The translations under genes and the position numbers were made by a program. Positions 10,301-20,100 of a stretch of 64,000 nt of DNA are shown one piece after another (the stretch's first letter is position 1; every line of letters starts with the position of its first letter). Source of the stretch: a virus; the IMG/VR virus record IMGVR_UViG_3300022939_000016, positions 14,730-78,729 of that record; one strand, 5' to 3'. The notes under the pieces were generated by a model. The model was not told where the DNA came from. It made no database searches and saw only the letters and a program-made list of their open reading frames with translations.

Positions 10301-13300
10301 CGTTAACGCTGGAGCCGTTAGAGTCCTAGATTCTATTAAGTACTTTAGGCATAATCGCGTTGTAGAGTATTCCAAATTTGGAAACAAGCATAAAGCTTTA
10401 TATGAACAAAATTTCCCCGAATCATTCGATCATTTTTCAAATTTGTTTAGCCCTTCTGGAATATCTTTTGAGAGAACAGACTTTAGTGACTTTGAGATAC
10501 CTCAAGACGCTGGAATGCTTATGATTATTTGCCCAGAAGTAGATTTTAGCAACATTGAGGTTATGAATAGAATTAAAAACTGGCTAGATCTGGGTGATAG
10601 AAACTTAGTTCTTGTTGGCGATGATGGAAATTTTGAGCAAGCTGGAAGATTTAATCAATCTAATCCTATCTTGAACAACATACTCTCCAAATTAGATTCT
10701 TCTATGAGGCTAGTGAGCGCCCCCAACACTGAAAGTGCCATTCTCAGCGCTCAAGGTTCTTGTCCTCTTAGGCCCAACATATTACCTTCCTTTAGGCCAG
10801 AAAATTCTATAGATACATACGTTGATACAAGTGCTAATATCTTTGGAAACGGAGTTGCAGATATTAGAATTCATGCTCCAGATGTTTATGAAGACTATTC
10901 ATGCTCAGAGTATTACAGGCAGCATAACGATTATTGTTCTCCACCCTTGGCTCATTCTGGAGACTTAAGAACTAGCTGGGATAGTGAAGACGGTATAATG
11001 AATTGGCCTAATTTATTTTCGGAGCGATTTCAAGGCAAACAACCTCCAGTTCCATTAATGGTAGCTGGATATTACAAAGAACCACAAGTAGTAAACATTC
11101 CTGCCATACCGCCAACGTCTGGGCTTTTCCAATATTACGATTATGTACAAACCGATGTTTCTCCAGCCTATGGAAATCTTACAACCGGAGAAATTGAATT
11201 TGGGTGGACAGAAGAATTAGAGCTATACAATAGCTTAAACACAAATGTCAATTTAAATTCTAACGCTAACAAGTTTTTCAACCCGCCTTACAAGATGGGT
11301 TTAAATGCTTTGTTACAATCAAAAGCCTCTAATGGAATTGATACAACCCTTGGAGAGGTTTTGGCTTCTGATGCGTGTCATTTAGCTGCCTCTGAGAACA
11401 TTCCAGATGCTAAAAATAGTCAATTGTTTTTGATAGGAACTTTATTTACTGAAAATCTAGAAATCCTTTATACTGGCCTCGGTGATAAAAATATTAATTT
11501 CTACTTCAATATGGTTGCTAAAAACCGATTCGGCTCTTCTTACGTGGCTCAAATAAATTCTTGGACTGGTCGCTCTAGCTTCAAGGACGCTAATCCAGAT
11601 TCTATCATTGAGCTTGTTCTAAGAAATACTGGCAATACAGTTTCAGCCAATGTTAGTTTGTCTCAACTAATTTCTGGACATCCTAACGGAAATAGATACG
11701 ACGTTTGCTGGGTTGCCAATCCTCTTAACGCCCCATCGGATCAAGACATCAAGACACTTAAAAAATGGCTTAATCAAGAAGATAAAAAAATAATCGTAAC
11801 TTATGATAACGAGATTTCGGCAAAGAATGCAGAAATATTGTTAGAAAAACTTGGCCTAACCATGAAGCCGCTTTATCTAACAAACAAGTCTAGATACGCG
11901 CATAATACGCAAGACGTTGATTACAATAACAGAAACTTTTATTTCTTACAAAGATTCGAAACAAGTTTAAGTAGATTTTATCCCGATATCAATCCCTACA
12001 ACTATCGTGCTAGATATGGATTTATTCCAAGTAGAGATGATATTTATGAGATTACATTAGACACAAGAACTTCTAACTTTATACCTATTGATCTTCAGGG
12101 TGGCACAGCTATAGCGTCTCTGAATCATGGAATTGTTGATGATAAATTTTACGATCTTGGCTTTTACTACATGAAGAGTGGCACTGCTCGGATTTCTTTT
12201 CCTGTTCGCCCCAATACTGCTTATAGAGTCTTTTTAGATACTGCTGCTTATTCATTCTACGAAAAAGAACCAATAACCGTTTATGTAACTAATTGCAACG
12301 CCTTACCTAGTTTTACTTCTCCATTTGTTCCTCCCGATCAAGACATTTACAACTTAAACTCCGATGACACTTTCAGCTCTGTTTTTTATGGTCCAGTTGG
12401 CGTTATTGCTCAAATTGGGGGAAGAAGTCAAGACACACTACTTCAATCTAATGTAATAGAATTTCACACCCTCCCCGGTGTAGATGAAGTTTCTTTCTTC
12501 ATTTCTGGTAATAGCTCTCGCGTTAGCTTTAAATATGATGAAGCGCCAAGCACAGTTGCCTTAGTTAGCATTTCTGGCGCGCTGGTTGACATAGTTGAGT
12601 CTCCATTAATGTCTCGCGTTCCTAGATATGAGTGGGAGATTATAGATCCGGGTTCTGAGGCTTTTACTACTACCGTAGAGTTTCCTGACCCTTTCCCAAT
12701 TCACTCTAATAGTAATAAATATTGTCCCGGCAATGTTGATTTTTTCAGTCTAGACGACTGTAGCAACATTTTTGCAGATTCGAAAATAGATGATGGTCCA
12801 GTAGTGGTTGCACAGGAGTTGTATTATGGAAGTCCCAAAAGGCAAGGTATAAATCAATCTAGGATTACGCTTATTAGTGATGCTAGTATTATTGAGGGTC
12901 CATGCGTTTTTCGTAGTGGAGAAGTGATAGAGGAAAATGCAAGCTTCATTAGAAGTCTTTATCCAGATACTATTTTTCCAGAAAATGAAAATTCTAAACT
13001 TTTTTCTCCTACTTCTATTACAAAAATTATTTCCCCAGAAAGAAGCAGTCCCGCAAGATTGTTTGCTAATATTGGCAATAGTGGTTTGATAGAAAGGTTT
13101 ATTCCATACAATAACCCCATAGTAAACTCTGGCAACAATCTGTATATGTTTAATGAAACATTAAACTACGAAACAGTTCAAAGACCAGAGTTAACAAGCG
13201 AAAATTCTTCAAGTGTTTTTTCTAAGTTTATAGATAGTCAAAATTTTTATGGTTCTAATTCTAAGTTCAATCAAGAAGTGGATGGTGTTTATTATCAAGA

Positions 13301-14840
13301 CTCCAGCGTGCTTGGCGGCAAACCGTCTATTATTGATGCTTATGGAGCAGATTTTATAGATCCAGATGTTTTTGTTTCTGGGTATCCCGGAGACCTTTTT
13401 GGATATTCGATAGATTACCACAGAGGAAAGCTTGTTGTAGGCTCTCCATTTGCTGCTTATTATGAAGAGCAGCCCATTAGCTGGAGCGGTGTCGTTGCAG
13501 AAACGGAAAGTTACACACAGCCATTTGGTACTATTACCAGTAGAAATGGCGGGGCGGGATCAGTTTACATATATGAAAAAACAGGAGAAGGAGTAACTCT
13601 TTCCGGTCGCGGTATACCTTGGCAATTTACTAACAAATTAAGACCAAAAAGCATAGGCGTTGGCCAAGACTTAGACAGCTCAATAGAATCTAAACTTATA
13701 GAACACTTGGGCGAAAATGACTACTCCCTAGATGACCTTTTAAAGTATTCAACTTTCACTGATCAGTTTGGAAGCTTTGTAAAAATCTATAGCGACTTGC
13801 TGGCCGTGGGAGCGCCGGGGCATGACTATTCTATTAATGTAGACTTGTCTAGTACAACCATCATCGAAGGAGCTTTTGAGTTTAGGTCTTTTAATTTTGA
13901 ATACGACGCTAAAGCTAGAGAGCTTATAGACTTGGGTGATCCAGAGGTCAGGGACTTAATTGGTATTATTAGTGGTGTCATGAACAATGGCGCTGTCTAT
14001 ACTTTTGAAAATAAGATTACTAACGCCAAAACAAAAGAGCAATCTTGGGCCTTGGTTGAAAAACTTATACCTGATGGTTATAAGTCGAGATTACAACAAA
14101 GTTATGATGAGCTATCTCAAGTTGTTGCTTCTGGTACAGAAAACGAGCATTTTGGAAGAAATATAGCTCTTTTCAGACCTAAGCGAACCGACGCTGATTA
14201 TACAATAGCAATTGGAACTCCTAATCACAAGTTTGCAACGAGTGGCACACACATTTCTGGAGATTTGGAAAAAGCAGGGGCCGCTTTTCTCTTTGACGCT
14301 ATGCTTAGAGATACTCCCCCGTTTGTTCCAGACGAGCAATGTTTTATGAACGCTAGTGTATTTGGTTATCCCAACCAAAAAGTAAGCCTTAGTATTGACA
14401 ATAGCACTCTAGACGCAACGTATCACACAACCGGATTTATTTATAGCAATACAGAAGGAGAAATCTTTATAGAAGCTTCTGGTCAAGATAATAACCTTAA
14501 GGGTTTTTCAGTACACAGACCCGTAATAAAGGCTGTTTACGGCAGGGTTGCAGATGACGAAGGAGACCTAGAATCTCAATCATTATCATTATATACAAAA
14601 TCCGTTTTAGGCCTTTCTAGCATTGATATTCCTCTTTATTGCAGTGTTCCAGACAATTCTAATGTGTATAATACTTTAGGATTAAGCACAATAGCACTTG
14701 GAAACATACAGGAAGGAAATGATATAAATCTATATTCTCATTGCCCTTCTGGTACAAACAGTGTTGCTTACGTTGGTTTAGTTACCAGCGGTGTAAGTTT
14801 TACTGATATTAATTTTTCATTATTTTCTTCTGGGTATTAA
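7353..14840 (+). CDS. Giant tail/baseplate protein with FG-GAP (integrin-alpha-like beta-propeller) repeats
   Basis: 2495 aa. Repeated blades such as DQYGSSLSMNGDLLAVGSP, DLFGKSIKMSEDGSILAVGSP, DLFGYSIDYHRGKLVVGSP and DQFGSFVKIYSDLLAVGAP, with GxVY/F partner strands. AGGA SD upstream. Confidence 0.7.
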   Translation: MAGFNLFVGGDYYQKDDINLFANGKEYSYDQLNLYHSGQTPPEYEMNLYASGDNVYYSSMSLHTLTTFSFNNPFINQDDEDGGGEGGGGGDGGGDNNLDPFDYMPIFVNGAENILSDEDNPYLNLFVAKDNPPGLPLDNLLHLSIDVADYSVSESSLMLSLWQLEFSRTPVETSSCSLYISGFFQEAPAAEGMSLYLENYVSSQAISDSLGLFLANNYLIKWDSYDFGLNSEPNDDIYATVPATDAIRGVQLICYGACGQGTCEDVSVETHDTVWFDPVCVDGGIFRASDVYTNLDIDAFGSEVPYSGHFYGFRKLDKLLPLQKYFINIIGQSGSSAKITAPKELASWEYTIDGSDVAYSGLKLIGDSPFVQNGRNAGDQYGSSLSMNGDLLAVGSPHFSFPDELGYTLQDAGTVFLYRRGPEPDFDQIVSNKAGWDLEGQLRLPSGILRDYYTDTPTTQEDGIDIVLRNWNLGQEGRNFGSSVHVCSITNDDPWITSDNREIIAVSAPNAQWSRTFPDLQIQSNDIIFFVFTDEFLPSFTVTIRGEEYTLTYRDIVKSITSKNLLYTYYSLPTISLNINIVIFHPIDADIQPSPSFPEPQPSFIVKKPITRHREEAYGSQEFLDIDDEILEQIKNVFYELYPYDTNKQHNNIPAILGVYVDNSRSLGSQAIEPALSRFKEHYQEYAFQSGVADVFGNPSSGAVLSTTSLDENWILQTTTVIDFTLDSGRLATNNHLSLLTDPSTFGVFNENLPEFNIPPSSGGCVYLFEKESDSWNLIQQINSPTEDNTITPDLFGKSIKMSEDGSILAVGSPYINEAIMVYERDPREQNRMYSNIESWVDYHLEKDELNERYAYLKFTIENLRASGNFTDGDSGVYRSLFFELSHQEKYDYRNDYDFWGDKPIQEYKHNFTYRYTDIDYKGTYLSLLEEFAPTSRMGYSVAVEDAGESVAFGCPTDSLDELDDTNSYYHPDNSGQILWPSYVNAGAVRVLDSIKYFRHNRVVEYSKFGNKHKALYEQNFPESFDHFSNLFSPSGISFERTDFSDFEIPQDAGMLMIICPEVDFSNIEVMNRIKNWLDLGDRNLVLVGDDGNFEQAGRFNQSNPILNNILSKLDSSMRLVSAPNTESAILSAQGSCPLRPNILPSFRPENSIDTYVDTSANIFGNGVADIRIHAPDVYEDYSCSEYYRQHNDYCSPPLAHSGDLRTSWDSEDGIMNWPNLFSERFQGKQPPVPLMVAGYYKEPQVVNIPAIPPTSGLFQYYDYVQTDVSPAYGNLTTGEIEFGWTEELELYNSLNTNVNLNSNANKFFNPPYKMGLNALLQSKASNGIDTTLGEVLASDACHLAASENIPDAKNSQLFLIGTLFTENLEILYTGLGDKNINFYFNMVAKNRFGSSYVAQINSWTGRSSFKDANPDSIIELVLRNTGNTVSANVSLSQLISGHPNGNRYDVCWVANPLNAPSDQDIKTLKKWLNQEDKKIIVTYDNEISAKNAEILLEKLGLTMKPLYLTNKSRYAHNTQDVDYNNRNFYFLQRFETSLSRFYPDINPYNYRARYGFIPSRDDIYEITLDTRTSNFIPIDLQGGTAIASLNHGIVDDKFYDLGFYYMKSGTARISFPVRPNTAYRVFLDTAAYSFYEKEPITVYVTNCNALPSFTSPFVPPDQDIYNLNSDDTFSSVFYGPVGVIAQIGGRSQDTLLQSNVIEFHTLPGVDEVSFFISGNSSRVSFKYDEAPSTVALVSISGALVDIVESPLMSRVPRYEWEIIDPGSEAFTTTVEFPDPFPIHSNSNKYCPGNVDFFSLDDCSNIFADSKIDDGPVVVAQELYYGSPKRQGINQSRITLISDASIIEGPCVFRSGEVIEENASFIRSLYPDTIFPENENSKLFSPTSITKIISPERSSPARLFANIGNSGLIERFIPYNNPIVNSGNNLYMFNETLNYETVQRPELTSENSSSVFSKFIDSQNFYGSNSKFNQEVDGVYYQDSSVLGGKPSIIDAYGADFIDPDVFVSGYPGDLFGYSIDYHRGKLVVGSPFAAYYEEQPISWSGVVAETESYTQPFGTITSRNGGAGSVYIYEKTGEGVTLSGRGIPWQFTNKLRPKSIGVGQDLDSSIESKLIEHLGENDYSLDDLLKYSTFTDQFGSFVKIYSDLLAVGAPGHDYSINVDLSSTTIIEGAFEFRSFNFEYDAKARELIDLGDPEVRDLIGIISGVMNNGAVYTFENKITNAKTKEQSWALVEKLIPDGYKSRLQQSYDELSQVVASGTENEHFGRNIALFRPKRTDADYTIAIGTPNHKFATSGTHISGDLEKAGAAFLFDAMLRDTPPFVPDEQCFMNASVFGYPNQKVSLSIDNSTLDATYHTTGFIYSNTEGEIFIEASGQDNNLKGFSVHRPVIKAVYGRVADDEGDLESQSLSLYTKSVLGLSSIDIPLYCSVPDNSNVYNTLGLSTIALGNIQEGNDINLYSHCPSGTNSVAYVGLVTSGVSFTDINFSLFSSGY
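14664..14675 (+). promoter_or_regulatory. Putative phage late-promoter motif GTGTATAATACT
   Basis: Identical 12-mer to the intergenic motif at 57930-57941 (-); lies about 170 nt upstream of the 14842 gene. Confidence 0.4.
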
Positions 14841-14841
14841 T

Positions 14842-16377
14842 ATGTCTTGTGAACAAGAGATTACATTTTCTCAATCAAGTGTAGCTGGATCTTCAGGTGC
14901 TAACTCCGCATCCATTATAGTTAAAAAAAGAACCGGCGGCAGCTTCTACATAACACCACCCCCACAGATAGGTTGGTCTGAAAACCCTGTCATTCAAGGA
15001 AATCATCTGCTTGGATATGAAACTACTGTTACCTTGTCCTGTTTCGCAGTGGGGTGTGGCTCAACGTCTAATCTTGGGCAATTAGTTAGTGTTGAAAGCT
15101 TCTTCAGTGATGCGACTACTTTAGAAGTCAAATCTTCAGCTTCTCAGTCTGGCGGCACGGTGTTTAATATAACTAATCCAAGAGTTTCCGTTCAGCCTTC
15201 TAACTTCGCGGGCGTTACTAGGTATGATATTGTTTTTGATTCTTTTAGTCCATCTGAATCTACTAAGGGAGCTATTACTAGCGAGACGCACGGAAATACA
15301 AGCAACAAGCAGGCAGTACCCTTAGCTTCTTTTTCAGATGTGTTTTCTTATGAACCAGATGATTCGCTTGGAAAACTGTACGACGATCCGGGCGCTCAGG
15401 TATATAGATTTACCAGAACCTGTAGTGCTAAAGGCAGACCAGCTGTTGGCGCTGATGTTAATAACACATCAACTTTTTACGCAAATGCATGTAGTGGAGT
15501 TAAAGCTTTTGTGGATAGCAGGATGGCCATAAATGAATATTCACCATATGTTGTTACAGACCATTATAAATACATTCAGGGCGCTTCCATAATGCGAATG
15601 TCTACCGCTGTTAATATAGACTTAGCCGAATTGAGTTATTCAGTCACTATTAATGGGTACTGGGCCAATAGCTCAGGCGGCACTCTGAGACAAATTGGAG
15701 CTTTTGAAACTTTTAACACCACCGTTCAAAATGACGCAAGCTCAAGATTAGTTTCCGTAACCGTAGACGGAAAACTTAACGGATATTCAATAGGAGCGCC
15801 AACTGATCCTAGACAATCGGTTCTTGCCGGGGCTGGGGGCGGCGCTCAAGATGTATTAAACCGCATTTCTGGCAATGGTAGTTATGGAATGGGTTCGGTT
15901 GTGTACTCTAGGGCGCAAAGTGCTTGCGGCTCTGTCCTAAACGCTATTCCTAAAAGTGTTTCTGTTGCAGATTCAGCTAGCGCTGATGGTGCTATTAGTT
16001 ACAACGTCACCTATGACAATAGGCCTACCAATGTGGTTACTGGATCTATTTCTGAAAGTATCAGTGTTTCAGATTCTTATCCTACCGATGTTTATGCTTC
16101 TATCCAGATAATGGGCAAGAGAGATGGCCCCGTGTTTCAATATATGAACACGACCACAGAATATGAAAGAACTTTAAACGTAGAATTAATTATGAGCGAC
16201 AACATTACCGCCAGCCCTTCTGTTCACAGCGACACCAGAGATCAGATAAATAGTCTAATAAGTAACGCAGTGCCGTCAGCTTCATCTGCTGGATACGTTA
16301 TGCTTAAGCAGGCTACAGAAAATTGGAACTCTACTGAAGGTCAGTATTCACTAAACATGTCTTGGGCTTATAAATGA
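14842..16377 (+). CDS. Virion structural protein (tail/baseplate), unknown family
   Basis: 511-aa Ser/Gly/Thr-rich beta-type ORF tightly packed in the structural operon. Confidence 0.5.
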   Translation: MSCEQEITFSQSSVAGSSGANSASIIVKKRTGGSFYITPPPQIGWSENPVIQGNHLLGYETTVTLSCFAVGCGSTSNLGQLVSVESFFSDATTLEVKSSASQSGGTVFNITNPRVSVQPSNFAGVTRYDIVFDSFSPSESTKGAITSETHGNTSNKQAVPLASFSDVFSYEPDDSLGKLYDDPGAQVYRFTRTCSAKGRPAVGADVNNTSTFYANACSGVKAFVDSRMAINEYSPYVVTDHYKYIQGASIMRMSTAVNIDLAELSYSVTINGYWANSSGGTLRQIGAFETFNTTVQNDASSRLVSVTVDGKLNGYSIGAPTDPRQSVLAGAGGGAQDVLNRISGNGSYGMGSVVYSRAQSACGSVLNAIPKSVSVADSASADGAISYNVTYDNRPTNVVTGSISESISVSDSYPTDVYASIQIMGKRDGPVFQYMNTTTEYERTLNVELIMSDNITASPSVHSDTRDQINSLISNAVPSASSAGYVMLKQATENWNSTEGQYSLNMSWAYK

Positions 16378-17171
16378 CTCTCCCCACTGCGCCATTTCCA
16401 CCGCTTGATACTTCTTATCTAGAGGAAGTTATATTACATTACGAAGATGGTATATACCCATCTGATCATGTTTCTGAAATTGGGAATTTTGATAATACTG
16501 ATCAGAAAAATGCTCTAAAGCTTAGTATTTCTTTTAACAACTACAAAACATACCTAGAAGATTATATAGACTTTGATGAATTTAACGTTCTTTACAGTGG
16601 AGGAATACCATCATTCGCTTCTACAACCTTTGGCTTATTAAGAGGAAATACTGGTTCAGATAAATTTAATCTGGAAAGCCTTCAAGACTATAACGATCCC
16701 TCTGACGAAACTGTTAAAGGAAAATTTAATACTAAGTCAGAGTTTGAGTCGGCTCAACAACTGTCTAATCTAGATTATTATTATAGTAGTTTCTCGTATA
16801 TGGAAATGTCGGATGGTGTTCAGGCTCCAGTTCGTCGTGATGTAAATATGACACATTTTGGCTTAGACGACGTTGTTGTTGTGGAGACACACTCCAGTGT
16901 TGAAAATTTTAATAGACCAAATTATTCACCTACCAATATTCCAGAAAACACTTCAGATTCTGGGGGGTCTGTTTTTGATCCAGATTATTTCAATCCAGAC
17001 AGACATCCCGCTGGACCTTCTGACGACTATAAGTCACCAAGCTCACCCTCTGGTCAATCGAGTAACAACAATCAAGATGATCAGGATCAAGATGATGACA
17101 CAGGGAATTTCGAAATGATGCCCCCTCCCCAAATGGCCACACTGTTTATATCTTCAGCGCCCTCTAACTAG
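16374..17171 (+). CDS. Acidic hypothetical virion protein
   Basis: 265 aa, overlaps the upstream stop. D/Q/S low-complexity linker before a C-terminal MATLFISS strand. Confidence 0.5.
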   Translation: MTLPTAPFPPLDTSYLEEVILHYEDGIYPSDHVSEIGNFDNTDQKNALKLSISFNNYKTYLEDYIDFDEFNVLYSGGIPSFASTTFGLLRGNTGSDKFNLESLQDYNDPSDETVKGKFNTKSEFESAQQLSNLDYYYSSFSYMEMSDGVQAPVRRDVNMTHFGLDDVVVVETHSSVENFNRPNYSPTNIPENTSDSGGSVFDPDYFNPDRHPAGPSDDYKSPSSPSGQSSNNNQDDQDQDDDTGNFEMMPPPQMATLFISSAPSN

Positions 17172-17179
17172 GATCTTAT

Positions 17180-20100
17180 ATGTCTACTAATTCCACAGAT
17201 TCCGTTGTTAAAGATTGGACTGGACCTCTTGATAATTCTCTTGCTACAAGGGAGGAGGTTAGAAGTACAGGTGGCTTTTTCCCGGAACAGCAAACTTTTC
17301 TTGGCGCAACTATAAAATCGTTTAGCGCTCAAGCCGGTGGGGGGTCTTCACCGACTACTCTGAATGTAGAACTTATAGTTGATCCAAATGGAACCAACCC
17401 AACAATAGACGATCCGTCAAAGTCTAAAGGCGTTTATGATCCATATCACACCGGTACTGACGCTTTCTCTCCCCCGGGGGTTGGAATGCCTGTATTTTTT
17501 GTTTATTCTAACCCTAGAGCTACCATTAGAGACGCATTCGAAGGAAATAGTACTGGTTCTGTATTAAAATTTGGCGGGTTATTACAATCATTTCATAGCA
17601 CCAGTAGCATATCTGGGCATTCATACTCTGTCACCGTCGTTGACCCAAGAGAAATCTTGTCTAACATTTACTTAATACTAAACCATTCTGACGATAAAGT
17701 TGGAGAAGTAGAAAATAATGTTTACAATGTTTTTGGTTTTCTTGAATATAATCCAACCTTAAGCACACGATCAATTTTTAAATCATACACTAAAAATATT
17801 GCCTCTAGAGGCACAAACGGTTTAGCTGGTGATGACATGTACTATTCTGGTGCTGCCGTTGGAGATTCATATTTCAGCAACCCCGGATACCAAAACAAAT
17901 TTCCAGTAACCGGAACGGCAATGTCTAGAAGAAGTTCTTCAGGCATTCCTTATTACAGAATAATGCAAGCACTTGCGGCTATGAATAGCACTTTACCCAA
18001 CAGTGAATATTCTGGATTTTCTGGCGGCATTTATTACAGAGGTCTTAGCTATTACATCAGCTTCCATAACTTACCCGCGCTAGATCCTCTGTATTTTTTC
18101 GATCAAGACAATATAGACTTACTTGCTTTTGTCATGGAAATTGCTGAAAGCTGTGGGTATGAAATTGATGTTTCTCTAAGCCCTTATTTTGGAAACGATA
18201 CTGGGGTTGGTGGAACAATTAGTATCAATTTTATTGATCGGTCTAACGAAAGTGCTGTTGGTCAAATAAATAGCTTTATAAATAATACTGGTAACTTTCC
18301 TGTCCACACTAGCGATGACGGAAATACATATTCATTGTTAGAAAAAACCGACATTGGATATGAATTAACAAATCCAACTACTAGCAAAGTTTTGTTTGGT
18401 GCTAATCGAGTTGATTTATATGCTTTTACTTCTAGTCACGACGGTGGAGCTTATCACGGAGGAGGTGGCGCTGGTAACTTGGACCAGATCATTCCATTTT
18501 ACGGAACTTTAAGTGGAAACGTTGTTGTTCCGGTTAAAGGTAGCGGTCCTTGGAAACAAATATTACTAGATAGCAGCGGCGTTGGCGCTTTTGGTGTAGG
18601 AAATTATTACGTCGCTACAGAAACAGAATTAAGATACGCCTTGAAAGGATTTAAAGCTTGGAAAAACTTTTTAGAATTCTACAACGCGAGATTTTTAGAA
18701 GTTGTTAACAAAAATCCTAAATATTCAGAGACTTTAATTGGTAACGGGATTAGCGTTCAAGACGATGAAAACGGAGATCATATAAAGGGGCTTAAAGCGC
18801 CTAGATGTCTATTTACGAACGATGCTGGCTATGGTGCTGGTGGCATGTTGCTTAACCCATGCTGTCCACCATTCGGCTATCCTCTGTACTACAACAGGGC
18901 TGTTGCATTAGGATTAACCGTCAAGAAGGTTTTTGACGAAAGGGCTAGTGTGGTGGCAGATCTTAGGGTACTAAGCAGTCTGGAAGGCTCTTCAAATCCC
19001 GCAGGTGTTGCTCAAGTTGTCAACGCCTTGCTTGAAAAGTATAAACAGTTAAGAAAAGTTAGAAAATTGAGCCAAGCTGAAAATGATGCCGTTAAAATTA
19101 TCAGCAGTCAAGGCGCAGGCGTAGACTCATCTTATCTAGATAGTATTATTTCTTCTATGAGCGGCCAGATGGTTATCGTTAAGAAAAATGTAGAGACAAG
19201 AAAAGAAAATGCTCAAAAAGTATTCAATTTTGTAAAGAGCGTTGCAGAAGAATGTTACGGAAAAAAATGGTTAGTGAGATTGCCTCCAAAGCCAAATTAC
19301 AAATTTGGCGTTCCTAAGCTTTCGGCAGACAAAAAAACTTATGAATCAGGTCCGTTTGGGTTCTATCCTATTGGCAATGGAGATTTATCCGCTGCTGCTA
19401 ATAACGGCTCTTTTGTTGAAGCTTCTAACAATCCGGTTTTTACGGCGGCTCAATCTCAGTTTAAATCAGGCTTTATATCAACTTACAATCCAATAGATGA
19501 TAGCCTTAACTACAACTACATCCCGGATAGTGCTGGGGGTTTTGTTAGTTTAGATGTCTACAATCTTGGTGTTACTTCGGCGCTCATGCCAGCAAATTTA
19601 CAGGGCTTTGGTGCTAACCACAGAATTAAAGCATATGTTCGATATGACTATGCAGAAAATCTTAATGTTTCTAGTGCTAACAGTAGGGTTTATACCGAAC
19701 CGGTAGGTGATAGAATTATCCCCCAAACAGACCCTAATAATTCTGCCCAGATGATTGCTTTTATTCCAGCAGAATTAGACACTCAGGTTTACTATCTGCC
19801 CGTAACACACACCAGAAGTGTCATGCAATGCAATGGCAAGAGGCCGGTTACATATCACATGCCATTACCTGTCAATCTAGACGCTTCTGGGAATGTTCCT
19901 GACGGCGCTGGACAATTAAAAACTAACATTCAATACGAACCTCTGTTTTCTGGTAGCAATGTCAATATTTCAGATTTTCCTAGATCTAACAATGGACAAA
20001 TTATTCCTTATCCAAACCTAGATTACGCCTATGCTTTAATAACAATAGGTAGTGTTGTTTCTCCAAAAAGAGATAGTCTAGCAGATATACCTAAAAAACA

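Noticed and set aside
7353-14840. Eukaryotic integrin or giant-virus origin suggested by FG-GAP repeats and many GTs
   Set aside because: SD sequences, overlapping operons, DnaE/DnaB/DnaG/RecA and tape-measure-like genes indicate a bacteriophage.
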